This document shows positions 55,145 through 64,000 of a stretch of DNA of 64,000 bases, piece after piece; the stretch's first letter is position 1, and each line of letters begins with the position of its first letter. The notes beneath the pieces were generated by a model. The model was not told the origin of the DNA and ran no database searches. It was given only the letters and a program-made list of their open reading frames with translations. Made by a program: the position numbers and the translations under genes. Source of the DNA: Octopus sinensis (lineage: Eukaryota); NCBI RefSeq assembly GCF_006345805.1, contig NC_043001.1:7378001-7442000 (forward strand). Reading direction: 5' to 3'.

Positions 55145-56104
55145 TTTCGGATGAAAATACCATCCTGGTTAAAATCATACGATGAAAAATAGGATATTCT
55201 CTTGTGTAGTTATCCAGGAAATGCAACAAAAATTGTGAAATCTTTCAACCGTGTCATTTGAAGGGACGGATTAAACATGGGTAGGCGTTAGACTGTTAGT
55301 AGAGTGAAATATTATACTTTAACGTGTGAGAAGCTAATTTCAGTTTAAAACATACTGATTAAACGCAATGAATATATTATCTGTTCGGATGTGTATAAAT
55401 ATATGTAGCCTAATTATATAATATCAGTATTTCATATATCGGAAGGAATAACTTATTCAAAAATATGAATATTGTTATTAACTCTCAAAAATATACCCCA
55501 AATCTCTCGACTGGAGATTAATTTTCATAAGCCATCAGCAATAATTTTATAATTAAAACATATTCTTGTGAAATATATAATTCTACGGGCCAAAAATCAT
55601 TGAGAGTTTTGTAAAAATCCATTTTGAAATACTTTTTCTTATTATATATATATAAATATATATATAATTTCTATATATTCATACAATATATTTTTTTCTA
55701 TAAAACATATTTTTCATATTAATATTCATCATACGATGCATCACATTAATTCATAGATACAAATATGGCATATCAAGCAAGAAAAATTATTTTCATATTT
55801 GGAATTATTTGAATATCTGAAACATAAATAATATTGGGAAGTATTTTCAGTCTGAATGGTGTTATGTTCTGTATGAACAATTTTCACATTATCAAAGTGT
55901 TTTCAGATAGAAAATTGTAAAAGTTATTGTTAATCGACACTATAATATTTTAGTGATTACACACATATATGCATACATGCATGCATATAACTAGTCCATA
56001 CACACACACCACACATATATATATATATATACTTATATATATATATATATATAGTTGTATTTATATATATATATATATGTGTGTGTGTATATATATATAT
56101 GTAA

Positions 56105-56149
<45 letters not shown>

Positions 56150-58068
56150 CATGCATATATGTGTGTGTGTGTGGTGTGTGTGTGTGTGTGTGTGTATGTG
56201 TGTGTGTTCGAGCCATTTATAATGCATATATGAATATATTTTCATACGCTCCAGTACATATTAAAACTCGAAGCTGAAAAGATATAGCAGAATGTAATAT
56301 TTTAATTAGTATCTTTCAGTTATGAAATATTAAAATATATTTCAGACAAAATGAATCTATTTCTAGGAATATTGAAACGTGCACTGACGAAGAATTGCAA
56401 AGTATGTTGCATATTTCGAAAAGATAGTTTCAATCTACCAAAAAGCCTAGAGCTTATGCTTTAGTGATTGCGTCACTTATAGTAAAATTATCTAATTTAT
56501 TGAAGGAATTTTGTTTCTCTTGGCATCACTTATTTTCTAAACATTTATGCAATTTATATATCTATGTATGAAAGTTTATCTAAATATATGTGAGTGTGCG
56601 CGCGTAAGTGTATATGTGTATATGTATGTATCCGTTAAGTCCGTTTTATTTGGAATTCTTTTGAGTGTGCTCATAAAAAGCTCATAGCCTGTTTATTCCA
56701 GCAAATGCTTATTGTTGCCATCTTCCAAAGAATTTTAAGGGAAGATTGTTAGCCTGGTGCCGCTATGGCGTAGGATAAATATTGTAAGAACATAAACTTT
56801 GGATGTACATTCTTAAATCTTCAGCGAATTGCTACGGACGTTTCTACAAATACCATGGGCTGGTTGTTATATTCACCATTCATAGCATATTACAAATATG
56901 ACTTACAATATCTCTGGTTTTTGAGGGGAATATTAATATGTTTCCGTTTTCTCAGCCAATCTTAAATTGTGAAGTTTTATATAGTTTATTCATCTTTCTG
57001 TTATTTCTACATCGCTCTATTTCTTTACTTCTCTAGTACTTTATTCAAACGTTCCTTCTTTTTTCACTATTTTTTCTGTTTCTTCCCCTTATCAATTTTT
57101 GCATCCGCCAAACTCTCATCGCTCTTCTCCTGCCTTCTCTTGCTCTGATCGACTGTTTGTAAGTTGTATAGACCATGGAACAGAGCTTGAAGGTTACTTG
57201 GGCACACCAGGCGTAGTTTTATAAGCTGTAGATATAAAATCACTGCAGTATGAAGCTATGGGTTTCTCTTAACTATATACTGAATACATAAAGCAACGTA
57301 TGTGTGCGTGTGTATACAATTAAGGACAGGATAGATTGGCGTGCATAAATATAAATATATATATATATATACATATATATAGGTAGGTTGGTAGATATCT
57401 ATCTATCTATATATATATATGTATATATATATATATAATATGGGGATTTAGTACGCAGGTGATCTAAACGGATAGGTATGCTGGGTAAGTGCTGTATCGG
57501 ATTACCAGGCTTCCAAGCACGTAACTGTGACAGAAAATATGGAACTAAGGAACTATCGTAGATTTACGATATAGCGGATATAAATTTGTTAAAAATATGA
57601 GAAATATTACCTTACTTGGATTCACAAATGATTGTACATAAAGACTGATGGATTAGCACCTGGATTATCGGAAACTTAAACTGTGAACATTTGTATATTT
57701 TTTTTCCTTTTTTCTGTTATTTCTACATCTCTGTATTTCTTTATTTCTCATAGTATTTTGCTCCATCGTTTCCGTAATCTGCACCCTTTCATTTTCGCAC
57801 CATCTAATCTACGATTATGGCGTATTCTACATGTTTTGGGGATAACTAAAAAACAGTTGTGAAACTTTAAATTTGTTTAATGACTTTTAATAATAATAAA
57901 ATATATTACTTGAGTTGTCTTCCCTTGGTGTTTATTATCATTTGTGCTTATCTGTATATTCATACACATTTGAACATAGATGGCTATACATGTATGAGCA
58001 AATATGCTAGTGCTCATATAGTGAAAATAATATGTTTCATTTCCTTCATGCGTCGATGTACAAAATTC

Positions 58069-58487
58069 ACTCTCTTTTACTCTTTTACTCTTTTACTTGT
58101 TTCAGTCATTTGACTGCGGTCATGCTGGAGCACCGCCTTTAATCGAGCAACTCGACCCTGGGACTTATCCTTTTGTAATCCCAGTACTTATTCTATCGGT
58201 CTCTTTTGCCGAACCACTAGGTGCCAGGGACATAAACACACCAGCATCGGTTGTCAAGCAATGCTAGGGGGACAAACACAGACACACAAACACACACATA
58301 TACATATATATATATACATATATACGACGGGCTTTTTTCAGTTTCCGTCTACCAAATCCACTCACAAGGCATTGGTCGACCCGTGGCTATAGTAGAAGAT
58401 ACTTGCCCAAGGTGCCACGCAGTGGGACTGAACCCTGAACCATGTGGTTGCTTCGCAAGCTACTTACCACACAGCCACTCCTGCGCC
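58069..58487 (-). mobile_element. SINE family B, full length
   Basis: Consensus match. Confidence 0.9.
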
Positions 58488-58929
58488 TGTTAGTATATTA
58501 TGAATGAGATCGATGCCAGCTGTTTCCAAACTCTTTTGTTCGATTCAGTGTACAAAAGGCCAAGCAGCTCGCTACTCATTCATAGTTTTTATTGAAATGG
58601 TAATTTCGGAAAATAAAGAGTAATTCCCTGCCCTGCATCAAACTATTTCTCTTGAGATCGCTGATTTGAAGGCTCACCTCCTAAATTTCCCTGTCACAGT
58701 CCTTAGCTAACGTCATGTTCAATATATTTTATGCTGATATTAATGACTTGAATTATAATTTCGGAATGGTAATTTTCATGTAAATATAAGGTCTGTCATA
58801 TCAATTTCATTGTTTTCAATACAATTCCAATATATGATTTATAGACATCGAATTCTGAATCTAATCATTGTTACAAAATTGTGCAAGGGTACATTGGTTC
58901 TGTCTTGAAAGTAATTGAATATTTATCAG

Positions 58930-59100
58930 TTTGCTATGTGATAGAAAGCGATACAAATACAGAAGCTGAATGGGAATACAAAACGAATAGATATGGAAAA
59001 GAATTAAAGATAGAAAAGTGGAATCACAATATAATGAGAGTGATCCCAGTGAAAACTGCAGGGCATTGAAATAACCCAGATACAATATTAGGGGAGGTCA
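58930..59100 (+). mobile_element. Possible decayed R4/NeSL-type LINE restriction-like endonuclease C-terminus
   Basis: DTNTEAEWEYKTNRYGKELKIEKWNHNIMRVIPV resembles the 'D.N...KE.EK..KY..L..EI..MW....VIPVVIG' motif. Confidence 0.3.
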
Positions 59101-59861
59101 GTATTAAGGTTGGAGTATTTAAAGCTCTAATCAATTTAACTTTTTTTATGTATTTTGACGTCTGACCTACCTGTGAATCTGCGTTTTTAACGTTGGAACA
59201 ACACAGAGCACATCACGAAACTTCACGATGCATAATTACAGACATTGAACTCTTCTGCTCGTAGAGTCACAAAACCTGAAGTAAAGAGAGAAGCGTAAGA
59301 CAACCATTTCCCAAAGCAGTTTATAAGATACTCTAATAGATATACGGAATATCTAGATTCTATGGAATGTCCACTATACGAATTATACTTATCAGTATAG
59401 CTTGGAGGCCAGTGATCCAAGTCGACATTTATCAAAGAGTTGCTACTTAACAAAGTGAAATTTATCTAATAAATTCTTGCAAGACGCAGAGAATGCATCA
59501 AAGAAATATAGAATTAGTAGTCAATCACCAGTAGCAAATCTCTGATATTGTGTGACATAATAGTTAGAATATAAATGAGATGATTAAAATATTGTAAGAT
59601 GTTCACATGAGAGATTGATGGTAGAAGATAATGTATTTTAATTTCGAATAGGAAATTAATAATCGTCGCAAATATACTTAAATAGAATATCTAGGTAATT
59701 CCTGTTTAAGCTTCATTTGTAAGACAAGAATTTATAGTGTATAGAACAGGATATCTTACAGCGATGAGTTTGAAACGAAGCTATTTCCATATTTTTACCT
59801 AGCAAAAACAACAGCATAGATAATTTGGAAAGAAGTCTAGTCAGAGAAGATAAATACCCAC

Positions 59862-60268
59862 AGGCGCAGGAGTGGCAGTGTGGTAAGTAGCTTGCTTCCC
59901 AACCACATGGTTCCGGGTTCAGTCCCACTGCGTGGCATCTTGGGCAAGTGTCTTCTGCTATAGCCCCAGTCCGACCAATGCCATGTGAGTGGATTTGGTA
60001 GACGGAAACTGAAAGAAGCCTGTCGTATATATGTATATATATATATGCATGTGTGTGTGTATGTTTGTGTGTCTGTGTTTGTCCCCCTAGCATTGCTTGA
60101 CAACCGATGCTGGTGTGTTTATGTCCCCGTTACATTAGCGGTTCGGCAAAAAGAGACCGATAGAATAAGTACTGGGCTTACAAATGAATAAGTCCCGGGG
60201 TCGAGTTGCTCGATTAAAGGCGGTGCTCCAGCATGGCCGCAGTCAAATGACTGAAACAAGTAAAAGAG
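59862..60268 (+). mobile_element. SINE family B, full length
   Basis: Consensus match. Confidence 0.9.
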
Positions 60269-60465
60269 TGTTTGATTTAGGGCCGACAGCTCGGACCTGC
60301 AAGTAGGCACTGGGGAATGTACTTTCTTACAGGGTAACATTAAGCGATTCAAAGACGGAAGTAATATTTAACCAATTGATTTATCGAGATATTAATATCG
60401 GTAAAAAGATCTATTGAACAAGTAACCACTACATTGTAAACTATCTGGTTTCCTTAGAGTGAAAT

Positions 60466-60820
60466 TTAAGCCTGGCATTTCTTCATAATTTTCTCAATGT
60501 TTGGTCGAATATGAGACAAACAAACCTTTATTTCTTCTTCCGTTGTACGTAATACCTGGTGCTTCTTGTTTTTGATGTCGTTTAATCTTGGGAACCATAA
60601 ATCATATAAATAAGAAATTGAAAACATTGATAAAATGGCTGAAGCTCTTTTACATAATATGGGATACTCGTCTTGAAGTGAAATCCAAAATGAATCAATG
60701 GGCAGAGTCGGATGTTTTAATCTTAACACGCGGTCACTAGAACCGGTGGCCAATTCTTCCTGTCACTCAAGTTGGAAGATGATTTATGAAGGGATTTCTA
60801 ATCTAATCATACTTCTCTCT

Positions 60821-60855
<35 letters not shown>

Positions 60856-62055
60856 TTAATGACGGAAATTAATTGTTAATGCTTTCGTCCAGGGATCTCA
60901 GATGAGTAACCACAATCATTTCTCCAATGCAGGTAAAACAATGCAATAAAGGAATCATATCAAGATTGCCAGTGACTGATCTTTTCTTTCCAAATCACAA
61001 TTATCTTTTTGAGGGTAACTCACTTGTCTGTTGAAGTGAGAATATTTTCGTTTTTACCTTGCATACTATTATTTTCTCTATTTAGTTCAATATATATTTC
61101 TATTATGCATTCCGTTTTAGGCATCCAAAATTCGCAGCTAAGTTATTCACAGAACTTCTCCTGCTTTTCCTGGAGTAAAAATATGATAGTGATTCCTTGC
61201 GCAGTTCGTGAACACGATTTAGTAATTTGCATTTTCACAGCCAACAAACCACAGTGTGTATTAACAACTGGACACGATGAGAGTCCATCTCTTTGCACAG
61301 TTGTTCAAATAATCGTGACTTCAATGGCTTACTTTTTACATAATTGACCATTCCAACGACTTGATGTAACACAGCCTTTAAATTCTCCAGCGATATTTTT
61401 GAAACAAGAACGTTTCTATGTAGAAAGTGATGAGTACGAATGAAACTTGGATTTTCTTCTTCTACGAAGGAACCAGATTCTTTAATACAGCCTGCCATGA
61501 AGAAGCTCCTAAACAAGTACATGTTTTAAGGTAGCCTCTTATCAAATCAAAAATATATTGGCCTCTTGTAATTGTGGACATTTATTTACCGCACAAAAAA
61601 TTGATTGATTGTGGAAGCACTCCGTCGGTTACGACGACGAGGGTTCCGGTTGATCCGAATCAACGGAACAGTCCGCTCGTGAAATTAACGCGTAAGTGAC
61701 TGAGCACTCCACAGAAACGTGTACCCTTAACGTAGTTCTCGGGGATATTCAGCGTGACAAGGCCGGCCCTTTGAAATACAGGTACAACAGAAACAGGAAG
61801 TGAGAGTGAGAGAAAGTTGTGGTGAAAGAGTACAGCAGGGTTCACCACCATCCCTGCCGGAGCCTCGTGGAGCTATTAGGTGTTTTAGCTCAATAAACAC
61901 TCACAACGCCCGGTCTGGGAATCGAAACCGCGATCCTATGACCGCGAGTCCACTGCCCTAACCACTGGGCCATTGCGCTTCCACATTGATTGTTTATTCC
62001 ATTCTCGTCAATAAATCATACAAATACAAGCAATTGAATATCAATGGATTCATAT
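60466..62055 (-). mobile_element. hAT (Buster/Charlie, ZBED8-like) transposase remnant interrupted by SINE C
   Basis: ESIDI-QLLVFV*FID (61990-62055); HHFLHRNVLVSK...LKAVLHQVVGMVNYVKSKPLKSRLFEQLCKEMDS...LLIHT; C-terminal dimerisation domain FWISLQDEYPIL...FSISYL...IKNK...LSHIRPNIEK. Confidence 0.9.
61612..61982 (-). mobile_element. SINE family C inserted in hAT remnant
   Basis: Consensus match; ATTGATTG on both flanks. Confidence 0.9.
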
Positions 62056-63215
62056 ACGGTTAAAGCAAATTTAAAATTCTTTAGATTTTTCTGAACATAG
62101 TTTATTACTTGTCATGGTATAGTGAATTCACTAACACGTATACTCTCTATATTTAATACAGGACTTTCTTCTTTGTTGCTATTTTTTTGTTAACGGTATG
62201 GTACGTAATCTTAGTGATAAAGACATGCCCTGTATTCAAGTTCTGTCTTGATGATAATGTTAATTCTATGTTTGGTGTCTTGTACATACAAGTAACGTAT
62301 TCTACATTTCCGTTTGTCGCTTGAGGCTCTAAAGACGTTTCAATCTCTTTTGACTATTAGATATCACTTATCTGCCTTCCATTTTTTTTGTGTGGGATTA
62401 GGCGTGTTGCTCTTGGCTGTCAAAAAATGTCGGTTAATATGAACGACTGGATGCTGGAGTGACCGAAATTCAAAGCCAGAAAACATAAACGAAATAGCCA
62501 TTTTAATTTGAATTACAGACGAATGCTAAGAAGTTACAATTCAAATTAGCATTATGTTAAGAATGTGCTTCCAGGTTCTTATATTTAATCTGATTACACA
62601 AAGTGCAAATTAATGAGTGGTAAACGGCAATAATAGTTGGAAGTGTAGCAAATATCCTAGAAATCACATTTAAATGCATAAGTCAATATTATACCTATGT
62701 ATAGTAAAGTGAACAATAACGGTTACTGCATGTACTGAACCAGAATAATCTATTTATCGTCTCATCTGTTTCGTGTTATATTTAAATTTATTATATAGAC
62801 TATTAGCTTACCTAATATTTTTTTATAGCTAAAAGTGATAAATTAATACAGAACTGATTGACTAATACAGTGTAACGACTGAATGCGCTAATTCCCTGAA
62901 TCTGTAATATGCATGGTGTTGTGAATATATCTACAATAATTATCCCTGTATCCCATAAATATTCTAAGGGTGAATGAAGAAGAAAATATCCTAATTCTAA
63001 AATCGTTAACAAATGTTGCATTCAGTTTCAGCCACAACCATGATTTGCGTACGAAGAACAATGCCCCGTTAAACACTGAGCATCCTCGGTGTTACGTCCG
63101 GCAAATCACAATTGAAAATTTAGAAAATATATAAGAACAGACAGAATACCGATGCAAACAGAATAATAGCTTATTTCGAACACAAAGAGACACACACGTA
63201 CATACATACATAAAT

Positions 63216-63251
<36 letters not shown>

Positions 63252-63255
63252 TATG

Positions 63256-63287
<32 letters not shown>

Positions 63288-63384
63288 CATATATATATAC
63301 ATATATATATACACACACAAACATATATATATATATATATATATATATTATACATATATATATACATATATATATACACACACA

Positions 63385-63431
<47 letters not shown>

Positions 63432-64000
63432 GCATATATAAAAATCTGTCATAAGCTTCTCCACTATACATTTAAAAAAAGGGAATGTAAAAATAATGGT
63501 GAATAAAGCACATCTGTGTGTGCTTTTGTTTGAATATGTGTGTGTACGCGTGTGTGTGTTCGTGCATGCATATGTGTGTGTAAATGTGTCTGTAGATATC
63601 GCTGGAAATAGACATAAGGTCAATAGGAAAAGTTCCATTGATCTTTGATTCAATTCAATGTATGTTATTTAAAGGCATCGTTAATGTGAAAGAAACGGTG
63701 AGTTATTTTGGTATCCCACGCCATTGTTCTACCAATAGCTTCTATATCTTTTTAGAGACCAAGAATACTAGCGAACGTATTAATTGAAGTGGCCAATTTA
63801 TATTACACTTTGATTGGTTGTTGCTCTTTTTCTACCTATACATAAAAGCCCCCGAAATATCATCTTAGCGCCAACAATTACTGTAATGGCAATTTTACCC
63901 ATTAACAGGAATCAATTATGTTATTGATTGTGTTATAGAAAATGTTAACGAAATTGTAGGAGAATATATAAGCATTTCATTGTCATACTTCAAAAATAGT

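Larger units (their letters stand above)
52660..55205. mobile_element. Old element with ~200-bp inverted terminal repeats (foldback/MITE-like)
   Basis: 52995-53145 is the diverged reverse complement of 54758-54902, and 52660-52702 is the reverse complement of ~55165-55205. Confidence 0.7.

Noticed and set aside
56384-56432. CTGACGA...GAAA hammerhead candidate
   Set aside because: Stem II is plausible but no stem I pairing flanks the core.
59223-59453. Minus-strand ORF as a GPCR or host exon
   Set aside because: No convincing motif or splice context, and it is flanked by stops.

Overview
AT-rich, repeat-saturated eukaryotic (metazoan) DNA. The SINE repertoire and dense (TA)n/(CA)n/(GATA)n microsatellites resemble an octopus intron or intergenic region (inference). 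I could not support any intact host gene, rRNA, tRNA gene or CRISPR array, and most listed ORFs are microsatellite translations. Recognisable content: three tRNA-headed SINE families with many copies and swappable 3' tails, a ~1.3-kb decayed mariner, two CR1/L2-type RT 3' fragments, a hAT/Buster remnant, an ORF1-only L1/Tx1-like element and Penelope-like (GIY-YIG) remnants. The most notable signal is a set of short Penelope-related inserts in (TA)n tracts that carry minimal hammerhead ribozymes. Two have intact cores and two carry the compensatory U3-A8 core, often in inverted (fold-back) layouts. There is also a 1.2-kb palindrome, a perfect 60-bp hairpin element and a ~2.5-kb inverted-repeat element hit by SINEs at mirror positions. 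All alignments and folds were done by eye.
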